A stretch of 22,262 nt of DNA, from the IMG/VR virus record IMGVR_UViG_3300033072_000303, positions 64,001-86,262 of that record; one strand, given 5' to 3'. Position numbers and translations under genes: made by a program. This stretch comes from a virus (Duplodnaviria; Heunggongvirae; Uroviricota; Caudoviricetes). The first letter of the stretch is position 1. Each line of letters begins with the position of its first letter. This document shows, piece by piece, positions 10,082-17,620 of this stretch. The notes beneath the pieces were generated by a model, which saw only the letters and a program-made list of their open reading frames with translations, was not told the DNA's origin and made no database searches.

Positions 10082-10111
10082 TAAAAATACTTCAAGGGAG
10101 TTACCCCTTGA
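10082..10111 (-). terminator. Probable intrinsic terminator after tail tube gene
   Basis: Minus strand TCAAGGGG-TAAC-TCCCTTGA 8-bp stem (one G.U) starting 3 nt after the stop, followed by AGTATTTTT. Confidence 0.65.
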
Positions 10112-10113
10112 TG

Positions 10114-11253
10114 TTACTCAAACCAAATTGAGAACGCGTCTTCTACACCATTAGCACAGTTTAACCCTGAGCTTAAGAATTGTAAATCAGCTGTTTGTTT
10201 ATATACTGATGAATCTTTAGTTTTACCAATATTAGATAAAGAAACTTTAGGAGCGTAACCACCGAATTTTTTACCATCTATTGTATTAGTACTAAAAATT
10301 AACGCTCCAGATGTTTTAGCTTTATATAAGTTAAATAAACTTAAACCATCATAATCAACAGTGAATGAACCACCTAAATTACTTTTACCAGTTATAAGTT
10401 TATTACTAATACCACTAGATGTTAATGTCTCAGAATCGTATATCTCATTTTCTACATTAACTGTTAATTCATTAATATCATAAGCAGTACCGTTATATAA
10501 AAACTGAATATTTTTAGCAATATGTGGTTTTAAATCAAAACACTTACCAGTTTTTGATGTTGTAGTACTAGCAGAGAATCCAGCACCAGATACTGAGAAT
10601 GAAGCTTTAACTATATCAGCTAATGGGAACTCTATACTCATAGAGTTAGCTACGCATCCTAAGTACTTATACGCTAAGTATGAAGCACCAGACGCCATAT
10701 ACTCTTCAACGTTAAACGACACTACAGGAGTATTTGGAGTAGCTAATCTATACGAAACTAATCCAGTAACCTCAGTACACGTTGCTGTAAGTGCTGGAGC
10801 AATAGTCAATACGTTCCCTGTAATCCCAGTAATAGTCACGTATTGATATACAGACGTACCAATTTTACATTTCAACCCTTGACCAATTTGGTATGCAGAA
10901 GCACTAGCCATAGTAATACTAGTACCAACAGGTGCAGCAGTAGGTACAGCAGCAACTACCGCTGGTATTTTTATACCCATTGCTGATTCATATAATACGT
11001 CACCATTTAATACACCAGTGTCTACTGCTGTAACCTCAACAGATAATGTACCACTTGATGTTTCTTTACCAAGTAAAGATTCAGCCTTTACTAAGCTGTT
11101 TCTAGTGATACCTCTCTCAATTAAATCAATACTACCATCCATTGATGGGTCTATTAATTCTACGATATTTGCAGGGTAAGCTATTGTTTCATTACTTCCG
11201 TATGAAGCCTCTTTCTTAATTCCCCATAATGTAGCTTTATCTAAATATGCCAT
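10114..11253 (-). CDS. Major tail tube protein
   Basis: 379 aa, Thr/Gly-rich beta protein; KKEASYG start motif, YKYLGCVANSMSI and ELTVNVEN motifs; position after tail terminator. Confidence 0.85.
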   Translation of the reverse strand: MAYLDKATLWGIKKEASYGSNETIAYPANIVELIDPSMDGSIDLIERGITRNSLVKAESLLGKETSSGTLSVEVTAVDTGVLNGDVLYESAMGIKIPAVVAAVPTAAPVGTSITMASASAYQIGQGLKCKIGTSVYQYVTITGITGNVLTIAPALTATCTEVTGLVSYRLATPNTPVVSFNVEEYMASGASYLAYKYLGCVANSMSIEFPLADIVKASFSVSGAGFSASTTTSKTGKCFDLKPHIAKNIQFLYNGTAYDINELTVNVENEIYDSETLTSSGISNKLITGKSNLGGSFTVDYDGLSLFNLYKAKTSGALIFSTNTIDGKKFGGYAPKVSLSNIGKTKDSSVYKQTADLQFLSSGLNCANGVEDAFSIWFE

Positions 11254-11269
11254 TTAATCTCCTTAAATT

Positions 11270-11674
11270 TTAACACGAGCTACGTAATGTAAACTCAAAC
11301 TGTATAATCATTTCCCTTTTTGGGAAATTCTCATACCTATCATAACCAACTGTAACTACCTCTCTATCAAGAATAGTAGTCCAAATCCTAGTGTCATCAA
11401 GCATGTATTTTATGATATCATGCTCTACTTTCACCCAGTCTAAAGGATTTGTATTATTAGTATTAATAAGTAAACTAACAGGGAATATTTCATTGTACCC
11501 TGACTTTGATTTTGTATTAGTTCTATTTTCAAACACAGTAACCTCTGGCATTATGTAGACAGAATTAAATTTCTGTTCAGACGTAATTGGTTCAGGTTTA
11601 CCGTGAGACACTTTATTAATACTAGGTACAGCCTGTAGTACCTTTTCTATTTCAAGTAATACTTGTTCTTTCAT
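11270..11674 (-). CDS. Tail terminator / tail completion protein
   Basis: 134 aa directly upstream of tail tube; helix-beta pattern ending IIQFEFTLR; assignment mainly by synteny. Confidence 0.65.
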   Translation of the reverse strand: MKEQVLLEIEKVLQAVPSINKVSHGKPEPITSEQKFNSVYIMPEVTVFENRTNTKSKSGYNEIFPVSLLINTNNTNPLDWVKVEHDIIKYMLDDTRIWTTILDREVVTVGYDRYENFPKREMIIQFEFTLRSSC

Positions 11675-12105
11675 AATCTACCTTGTGCTCTGCTTAGAAG
11701 TCTTGATTCCAACTCCTGCTCTACTCTGTCTTTCCAACCATAAAATGAGCTCTCTTTAAATTTTAAACTAGAGTTAAGTAACTCCCCATAATTATCTTTC
11801 AAAGGTTTATAATAGATAGGTACAGTAATACTAGCTTGTGCTTTACCTGACTTAAGTTGTTTAACGTATTTTAATCTAGGTCGTTTTAGAGATATTGAAC
11901 TTCTAAGTTCTCCAGTACGTAACTTAGGGTACAAAGAAGTATTTTTAGTACCTTTAATATACTTTACACTTAACTTACCTTTAACCCAAGATTTCCATCT
12001 TTCGCTTATATCCTTAAGTTTATTTACATAGTTATCAATATGTTTATTTATGTACTGTTTAGATGCTCTTTCAAGTATTATATGTAACTGTGTTGATACT
12101 TTCAT
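11671..12105 (-). CDS. Neck / tail completion protein (HK97 gp10-like)
   Basis: Basic 144 aa; PKLRTGELRSSI matches the P.xTGxLRxSI motif of this family; synteny. Confidence 0.65.
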   Translation of the reverse strand: MKVSTQLHIILERASKQYINKHIDNYVNKLKDISERWKSWVKGKLSVKYIKGTKNTSLYPKLRTGELRSSISLKRPRLKYVKQLKSGKAQASITVPIYYKPLKDNYGELLNSSLKFKESSFYGWKDRVEQELESRLLSRAQGRL

Positions 12106-12106
12106 A

Positions 12107-12634
12107 TTAGTACATTACTATTGTTCTATTTGAGTACTTATCGTAAGTCAATCTGCTTAATACTGGTATAGCAGACTCGTTAAAATAAGTAGTGTTACCT
12201 GTCGTATTAATCACTTTATCAATATTATCAGAGCTATTCTTCATTCTAAAATACAATGACTCTATGTGCTGGTACACTGCTAATTTTAAGTCATTAGGAA
12301 CACTAATATACCCTACGTTTAACGTAATTACTAATGGTTTTCTAATGTCTGAAATACTAGTAGCTAATACTACATCATTCCCATAATAAGTAAACTCTTG
12401 AGTAAGCCCATCGTACACTATTGAATCAATAGACACAACAGGAGCAATAGGTAGTTCAAATGTACTACCAGATACCCTTAAGAAATGCTTAATAGTTTTA
12501 GTACTATTCTCTAGTATAATACCATAAGCATCTTCTACATATGTTAATACACCTGGAATAATCGCTGAAAGAACTTTAATATCAGACTCAGGTGCTTTTG
12601 TGTATAATAAAAAATCTTCAAATGAGAATGACAT
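12107..12634 (-). CDS. Head completion / head-tail adaptor (T5 p144 / SPP1 gp15-like)
   Basis: LPIAPVVSIDSI and VGYISVPNDLKLAV motifs; 175 aa; synteny. Confidence 0.8.
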   Translation of the reverse strand: MSFSFEDFLLYTKAPESDIKVLSAIIPGVLTYVEDAYGIILENSTKTIKHFLRVSGSTFELPIAPVVSIDSIVYDGLTQEFTYYGNDVVLATSISDIRKPLVITLNVGYISVPNDLKLAVYQHIESLYFRMKNSSDNIDKVINTTGNTTYFNESAIPVLSRLTYDKYSNRTIVMY

Positions 12635-12649
12635 TAATTTCCTTTATTA

Positions 12650-12853
12650 TTAAGCTTTAGGTTTAGTTTCAGCTTTAGGTTTAGTTTCAGCTTTAGGAGC
12701 TGTTACAACTGGGGATATGTCTTCAAACATACCGATAAATGTTTCAATTAGAGCTTTACCTCTAACGTCTTCAACTTCTTTTTCATCACCTTTGTTGTAA
12801 ATAACCCCATTAGTATCTGTAAAACTCGCTGATGCTAAGTATCTTATTAACAT
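12650..12853 (-). CDS. Small conserved-position protein downstream of capsid, with C-terminal PKAETK repeats
   Basis: 67 aa, AAGGAT RBS; short beta domain (YNKGDEKEV...GKALIE) plus Lys/Pro tail, typical of small ORFs between capsid and adaptor genes. Confidence 0.7.
   Translation of the reverse strand: MLIRYLASASFTDTNGVIYNKGDEKEVEDVRGKALIETFIGMFEDISPVVTAPKAETKPKAETKPKA
12653..12697. repeat. 18-nt tandem repeat (2.5 copies)
   Basis: AGCTTTAGGTTTAGTTTC x2 plus AGCTTTAGG; encodes PKAETK repeats. Confidence 0.9.
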
Positions 12854-12866
12854 TTTAATCCTTTAA

Positions 12867-12922
12867 TATTTATTATATAGTAATAGTGCTGGAGGCGTAA
12901 AACTATTACTATATAATAAATA
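12867..12922. repeat. Perfect 21-bp inverted repeat with 14-nt loop between tRNA cassette and neck genes
   Basis: TATTTATTATATAGTAATAGT (12867-12887) is the exact reverse complement of 12902-12922. Confidence 0.95.
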
Positions 12923-12923
12923 G

Positions 12924-12999
12924 TGGTTGCGGAGACTGGACTTGAACCAGTGACAATAAGGTTATGAGCCTTACAAGCTACCAACTGCTACACTCCGCA
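12924..12999 (-). tRNA. tRNA-Met(CAT), initiator-like
   Basis: TGCGGAG TG TAGC AGTTGGTA GCTT G TAAGG CTCATAA CCTTA TTGTC ACTGG TTCAAGT CCAGT CTCCGCA A CCA; architecture parallels bacterial tRNA-fMet (A11-U24, A73); CCA encoded. Confidence 0.9.
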
Positions 13000-13007
13000 A
13001 TTAAAGA

Positions 13008-13095
13008 TGGAGGAAGATTAGGGATTCGAACCCTAGGAGGTGTTACCCTCGCTTGCTTTCAAGGCAAGTACCATAAACCACTCGGTCAATCTTCC
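13008..13095 (-). tRNA. tRNA-Ser(TGA)
   Basis: GGAAGAT/ATCTTCC acceptor stem, CTTGC-CTTGAAA-GCAAG anticodon arm, long variable arm, TAGGG-TTCGAAT-CCCTA T arm, CCA; discriminator is U rather than the usual G. Confidence 0.92.
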
Positions 13096-13096
13096 G

Positions 13097-13169
13097 CTGT
13101 ACTGGTAAGGCTCGAACCTACGACATTCTGATTAACAGTCAGACGCTCTACCTGCTGAGCTACAGTACA
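13097..13169 (-). tRNA. tRNA-Asn(GTT), no encoded CCA
   Basis: TGTACTG/CAGTACA acceptor, G73, TCTGA-CTGTTAA-TCAGA anticodon arm; next tRNA begins 1 nt after the discriminator. Confidence 0.92.
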
Positions 13170-13174
13170 AATAT

Positions 13175-13262
13175 TGGCGGACTCTGTAGGATTTGAACCT
13201 ACGGTGCATTTCTACACGACGGTTTAGCAAACCGTTTCAATAAACCTCTCTGACAAGAATCC
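13175..13262 (-). tRNA. tRNA-Ser(GCT)
   Basis: GGATTCT/AGAGTCC acceptor, ACGGT-TTGCTAA-ACCGT anticodon arm, long variable arm, G73 CCA. Confidence 0.92.
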
Positions 13263-13264
13263 AA

Positions 13265-13340
13265 TGGTGGAGTTAATCAGGTTCGAACTGATGACCTCCT
13301 GCGTGCAAAGCAGGCGCTCTCCCAACTGAGCTATAACCCC
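13265..13340 (-). tRNA. tRNA-Ala(TGC)
   Basis: GGGGTTA/TAACTCC acceptor with G3.U70 identity pair, CCTGC-TTTGCAC-GCAGG anticodon arm, A73 CCA. Confidence 0.95.
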
Positions 13341-13360
13341 ATTATAATAACGCATAGCGC

Positions 13361-13376
13361 TAACCCCGAAGGATTA
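13361..13376 (-). other. UUCG tetraloop hairpin overlapping capsid stop codon
   Basis: TAATCC-TTCG-GGGTTA; no U-tract follows, so more likely a stabilising or processing hairpin than a terminator. Confidence 0.55.
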
Positions 13377-14597
13377 GATAGCTATGTTAATACCTGCTAC
13401 AGCATTTTTGTATGCTGGAACAATTGTATTTGGTGCAGCTTCAGTTGAATCGAATTGTGAACTGAATCCAAATCTTAATGAACCTGTGTTCACTATTGTT
13501 TGATTTTCAATTTTTCTATCAGACTCAGACATCGCGTTACCGTTAGCAAATAATTTAAACGTGTTAATATTTACTAATAAACATACGTGGAAGTCATTTC
13601 CAGATGCAGCAACTTTACCATTAGCAGCAACTTTTGGTAACATTGAAGTTGAGATAACTGGAATACCAAAGATTGAACTTACTTCTCCACCGAATAAAGT
13701 AGCAATTCTACCAGCTTTATCAATAGTTTTGAATGAATCCCAAGTTCTGAAGTTATATAATGTAGCTTCATCTACGATTAATACAACATTACCTGCAGAT
13801 ACTTGCATAGAGTCTAAGTATAACCCACCAGCTAATTGCATTTCATTAATTTTAGCTAACCATTGAGCTTCTGTTAAAGCAGCACCACCAAAGTTAACTG
13901 TTGCTTTACCTAATGCAGTTTTTCTTAAACCATTACATACAGTTTTTGGAGAACCAGGTAATACACCAACGTCCATAGTATTAGAAATGTCACCATTTAA
14001 TACAGCACTTTCAACAGCTCTTGCTAATGAATCAACAATACCAGCTCTTACTTCAGCAGCTAAATCAATTAAAGCATCATCTAAAACTTCGTAAGATTTT
14101 CTTACAATAGTCATGATTTTTTTAGTTGTTTTAACAAAAGTAATATAGTTTTCACTTGAGTCAGTACCAGTTTGTGCTTCGTTAGTAACGAACGCTTCAA
14201 TACCATAAATAGCAATTAAGTCGTGAGGTGTTCCACCATTTACTTGACCCATAGGGAAAAGTTTAGCAATTCTTAACTCAGCTTGGATATCTCTTAATAA
14301 TGTTCCTGTGAACCCATCTGCTAATGCAATAGTAATATCACTAGTAACTCCTACAGCTTTAGCTCTAGCAGATAACATTGATTTATCTTTCTCAGATAAC
14401 TTAGCACCTTTGATTGACTTAGCAATATAAGCAATCTCTTGTAATCTATTCTCAGCGTCAGAACCAGTTAATTCTACTTTTACTGTAGATTTAGGTGCAG
14501 ATGTACTAGGAGCTTTAGCAACAGCTGTAGCAATTCCTGTTTCGATATCACCCTTAACTTCAGCCATAGCTTTTGATACGATTGATTTTAAATCCAT
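13374..14597 (-). CDS. Major capsid protein, HK97 fold, T5 pb8-like
   Basis: LLRDIQAELRIAKLF, LDDALIDL, AVESAVLNGD and SSIFGIPVISTSMLP parallel T5/HK97 capsids; probable N-terminal delta domain ending RAK|AV at K80. Confidence 0.92.
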   Translation of the reverse strand: MDLKSIVSKAMAEVKGDIETGIATAVAKAPSTSAPKSTVKVELTGSDAENRLQEIAYIAKSIKGAKLSEKDKSMLSARAKAVGVTSDITIALADGFTGTLLRDIQAELRIAKLFPMGQVNGGTPHDLIAIYGIEAFVTNEAQTGTDSSENYITFVKTTKKIMTIVRKSYEVLDDALIDLAAEVRAGIVDSLARAVESAVLNGDISNTMDVGVLPGSPKTVCNGLRKTALGKATVNFGGAALTEAQWLAKINEMQLAGGLYLDSMQVSAGNVVLIVDEATLYNFRTWDSFKTIDKAGRIATLFGGEVSSIFGIPVISTSMLPKVAANGKVAASGNDFHVCLLVNINTFKLFANGNAMSESDRKIENQTIVNTGSLRFGFSSQFDSTEAAPNTIVPAYKNAVAGINIAI

Positions 14598-14653
14598 ATT
14601 AATTGTCCTTAAATATATATATTTAGTTTCTTGTCATTACGGACAGCAGAGGA

Positions 14654-15124
14654 TTACTCCTCTGGGTTCACTGGAGCTATACCAGCACCGCTGTGGCTTA
14701 ACTCAATAACTTTAGCGATAATAGCTTCACTAGCTGAAGTAATCGGTTCAATCATTTTATTAAGCTCTTCCGCTCTATCACTCAACTCATCAAAAGACTG
14801 TAAGTTTAAGATAGTTTCTTTAGCTGATGTTATATATGCTAAAGCGTCAGTAACTTTTTGCTCAGCAGCCAATCTTTTAGCCTCTTCAGCATCTGCAAGG
14901 TCTTTCGCTAACTTATCCGCAGCTTCTTGTTTTATCTTTTCAGCGGCGATATTAGCTTCAGCAATCTTTGCAGCAAGCTCACTTACGTCAATATCATTTT
15001 TAACTTCAACTTTAACCTCAGGTATAACTGGTTTAGACTCTGCTACAGGAGTAGGTTCAACTGCTGGTGTAACTGGTACAACTGGGTCTACTGTAGTAGT
15101 AACTTCTTTCACTTTTAATTCCAT
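14654..15124 (-). CDS. Putative nested scaffold protein from internal in-frame start (Met189), 156 aa
   Basis: AAAAGGATAATATT-ATG at 15124 has the same AAGGA RBS used by neighbouring genes and sits at the protease/linker boundary. Confidence 0.6.
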   Translation of the reverse strand: MELKVKEVTTTVDPVVPVTPAVEPTPVAESKPVIPEVKVEVKNDIDVSELAAKIAEANIAAEKIKQEAADKLAKDLADAEEAKRLAAEQKVTDALAYITSAKETILNLQSFDELSDRAEELNKMIEPITSASEAIIAKVIELSHSGAGIAPVNPEE

Positions 15125-15688
15125 AATATTATCCTTTTCGTTTGGTTCCAAAAGTTTTCTAAGCTTAGCATTATCAACGTCTAATGACTTAGTACCAACT
15201 ACTTGAAACAAAGCGCTTCTATTACTTTGAACAGGCGCTATACTTAATTCTATCATTTCACTTTGTGTGATTTCTACAGCATCATCTAAATATTGGTACT
15301 CTTTAGGAATAAACCCAATACTAAATGATTTCACGTTACCGTATAAAACATTTTCAAAGTCAGCCTCTTTACCTGTGAGTCTTTGCATCTCTGCCTTAAC
15401 CCATAAACCTTTACCGTCTTTATGTAAAGATACAACCCTACCTCTTACTTCGTCCCAATCGTGATTCCATAATAACACAGGATTCTTTTGGTAAGCAGTT
15501 ATATCCATACCCTCTACATTAACTATTTCCTGGTCTCTATCAATCTCTTTAATACCAATTTCATTTTGGTAGAAAGACGCATAACCTTCAATAAACAATG
15601 TATTAGGGCTATCAGGATTCTGAGATACTGCTTTAATCTCAGCTATCCTATGCAATCTAACGTTGTTAGATGTATTTTTAGTTTTCAT
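14654..15688 (-). CDS. Prohead protease (HK97 family) fused to scaffold-like C-terminal region
   Basis: IEGYAS, YQKNPVLLWNHD, VKSFSIGF and ELSIAPVQSN catalytic motifs; then Pro/Val/Thr linker and Ala/Glu/Lys coiled coil. Confidence 0.92.
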   Translation of the reverse strand: MKTKNTSNNVRLHRIAEIKAVSQNPDSPNTLFIEGYASFYQNEIGIKEIDRDQEIVNVEGMDITAYQKNPVLLWNHDWDEVRGRVVSLHKDGKGLWVKAEMQRLTGKEADFENVLYGNVKSFSIGFIPKEYQYLDDAVEITQSEMIELSIAPVQSNRSALFQVVGTKSLDVDNAKLRKLLEPNEKDNIMELKVKEVTTTVDPVVPVTPAVEPTPVAESKPVIPEVKVEVKNDIDVSELAAKIAEANIAAEKIKQEAADKLAKDLADAEEAKRLAAEQKVTDALAYITSAKETILNLQSFDELSDRAEELNKMIEPITSASEAIIAKVIELSHSGAGIAPVNPEE

Positions 15689-15697
15689 TAAAATTCC

Positions 15698-17035
15698 TTA
15701 AACTTTAGCTGCATCTCCACCTCTCGTGTCATCTACTACGGACGTATTATCTGAGCCACCAGCGTTTCCAGCTGGTAAAGTACCAGTAGATGCACCTTGG
15801 AGCATACGCTCAACCTCTTTATCAAAGTTCTCAACAGACACTGGAGCAGAACCTAATAAGAATGCTGGGAAGAAATGTAAATCAGCTGCAGGAGCTTCTA
15901 TTCTTGGCATTTCAGCTAACTCTCTAGCTTCGTTTAACGAACATAAACCTTCTTTATGAAGTTTAATTGCTCTATCAACTTTAGCATCTATAAAGTCGTC
16001 TAAAATATCTACCTCACTATAATCAAGTTTTACTATAATACCTTTTAAGCCCAAAACATTTCTGAAGTATCTAGTAAACTGTAATCCAATATTCTCTAAT
16101 ATAGGTTTTAACATAGTCGTAAACCATACTCTTAACGAGAATAAAAGCTCTTCATTCTTATTCGCACCAGCGTTACTATAATCACCTAGTAAAGCAGGAG
16201 GTAAGTTAAACTGGTCTAGTATAACCTGATTAATCTCTTTAAAGAATGCAAGCATCTCAGTACCTGTCATAGAGTTACTCATCTTGTCTACTTTTAAATC
16301 AGTGTTGATTAACATAGTTTTAGAAGAAGTACTAGACATAAAACTGTCAAAAGCAGTCTTAATAGCTTTTTGCTGTTTTTCCCCAATAGGGTCTTTAGCT
16401 GATATAATTGCAGAGTCTTTAGCTCCGCCCTGTGTAAACTCTTTAGTTTTACTTACGATACCTGCTTGAATCTGAATTACGTCGTTTAACGCTTGTAACC
16501 TAGATAAAGAATAAAGTAAGTTAGTAGGGTCAATAGAATCATTAATATAAATGATATCTTCTGGTCTATATGGTATACTTGTACCATCTTCTGCTTTATA
16601 CACAAACGATGTAATTAATTTAGAGCCATCAGACTCAATGTCAAACTTAGACGGGTCGTAAGCGTAGAAGTTAACGTCTGCTTGTGACATTTTATCTTTA
16701 TTAGGTTCAGCTATAATAATAGATGCACCTTGTGTGAATAAAGATGAAGCCATCTTTCTTTTAAAGTCTATATGTGTATCAGTCTCATTTAAAAACATCA
16801 AGTCAACGTTCTTTACAACTACAGGTTTAATAGCACCTTTTCCAGACTCTTTATAAGTCTTAAACGTACATAATGACATAATGTTAGACACAAGTCTAAC
16901 TGCTCTTTCTATTGTTTCTACTTGTTGAATATAGCTTTGTATATCAGCATCAAATGTATTATTTGCCCCTGATGTATATGCTATAAAATCATTTTTTATA
17001 GTAGGCTGTTTCTTTATCATATCTTCAATTGTCAC
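15698..17035 (-). CDS. Portal protein (HK97/T5 type)
   Basis: GTG start after AGGAGG; IERAVRLVSNIMS, YRPEDIIYI, ILDQFNLPPALLG and SLNEARELAEMP motifs; 445 aa. Confidence 0.92.
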   Translation of the reverse strand: MTIEDMIKKQPTIKNDFIAYTSGANNTFDADIQSYIQQVETIERAVRLVSNIMSLCTFKTYKESGKGAIKPVVVKNVDLMFLNETDTHIDFKRKMASSLFTQGASIIIAEPNKDKMSQADVNFYAYDPSKFDIESDGSKLITSFVYKAEDGTSIPYRPEDIIYINDSIDPTNLLYSLSRLQALNDVIQIQAGIVSKTKEFTQGGAKDSAIISAKDPIGEKQQKAIKTAFDSFMSSTSSKTMLINTDLKVDKMSNSMTGTEMLAFFKEINQVILDQFNLPPALLGDYSNAGANKNEELLFSLRVWFTTMLKPILENIGLQFTRYFRNVLGLKGIIVKLDYSEVDILDDFIDAKVDRAIKLHKEGLCSLNEARELAEMPRIEAPAADLHFFPAFLLGSAPVSVENFDKEVERMLQGASTGTLPAGNAGGSDNTSVVDDTRGGDAAKV

Positions 17036-17045
17036 TCAGCCTCCT

Positions 17046-17381
17046 TTATGCTAATACGCTGTAGCTGTCTATATATAGGACATGCTCATTATCGTCTATA
17101 TCTACTACTCTAATTCTAAACGTTAGTGAGTCAATAGTACTATCAGTGGGTACGAAGTCAAACTTCATAATATCTCCTGTAATATCAGTTACACTAACAT
17201 AAGAACCTATAGGCACAGTGTCTCTACCAGCCTTTTTTAAAGGTAAGTAAGATACTGATGATATCTCCGTATTTAATAAAACGTCTTTTATATAGAAACT
17301 AAGTGTATTAACCTTATTAAGTTCTAGAATAGACTGATTAGTTAAATCAACTATCTCAAACCTTTTACTGTTAAAAAACAT
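17046..17381 (-). CDS. Hypothetical beta-rich protein, first gene of head operon
   Basis: 111 aa, AAAGGT RBS; its stop lies directly before the portal RBS. Confidence 0.7.
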   Translation of the reverse strand: MFFNSKRFEIVDLTNQSILELNKVNTLSFYIKDVLLNTEISSVSYLPLKKAGRDTVPIGSYVSVTDITGDIMKFDFVPTDSTIDSLTFRIRVVDIDDNEHVLYIDSYSVLA

Positions 17382-17414
17382 ATTTCTACCTTTAGTCTCT
17401 GGTATTTTACTAAA

Positions 17415-17495
17415 CTTATATATAGCTGAATGCTTAAAATCATCCCATAAGTTGACGAAGTACGGGATGATTTTAACAAAAACGCTATATATAAG
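17415..17495. promoter_or_regulatory. Two-block dyad-symmetric element between divergent operons
   Basis: CTTATATATAGC-N7-TTAAAATCATCCC-N17-GGGATGATTTTAA-N7-GCTATATATAAG; both blocks are perfect inverted repeats with equal spacers. Confidence 0.75.
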
Positions 17496-17515
17496 AGTAG
17501 CGAATCGGAAGATGA

Positions 17516-17620
17516 AGCTATACTATATAGCTATAGATTAGATAGTTAATAACTAGTTACTATATAGTTATTAGATATAGTATAGATACTTACTATTATA
17601 GAGTATAGACTAGATAGTAC
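17516..17620. repeat. Low-complexity TATAG/CTATA-rich tract with short palindromes
   Basis: Many TATAG/TAGA units; CTATATAG twice and TAACTAGTTA palindrome; no ORF. Confidence 0.55.

Noticed and set aside
10057-10085. TTTAAT-N17-TATAAA promoter after the tail tube terminator
   Set aside because: Plausible position, but such matches are common in DNA this AT-rich, so it is not supportable alone.
12924-13340. tRNA cluster as host chromosome or prophage attachment site
   Set aside because: The tRNAs are flanked on both sides by co-oriented virion genes; no integrase or duplicated tRNA 3' end is seen.
13341-13346. TATAAT as a promoter for the tRNA cassette
   Set aside because: It abuts G1 of tRNA-Ala, so the start site would fall inside the tRNA; no suitable -35.
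4655-16469. Other short plus-strand ORFs inside the structural operon (4655, 6075, 6208, 7633, 8323, 9629, 12192, 13561, 14631, 14927, 15267, 15488, 15726, 16284)
   Set aside because: All lie antisense to well-supported genes and show shadow-type composition with no recognisable motifs.
17432-17446. Sigma54 GG-N10-GC motif in the dyad
   Set aside because: Present only in the leftward copy and lacks the TGGCAC/TTGC context, while the rest of the element is symmetric.
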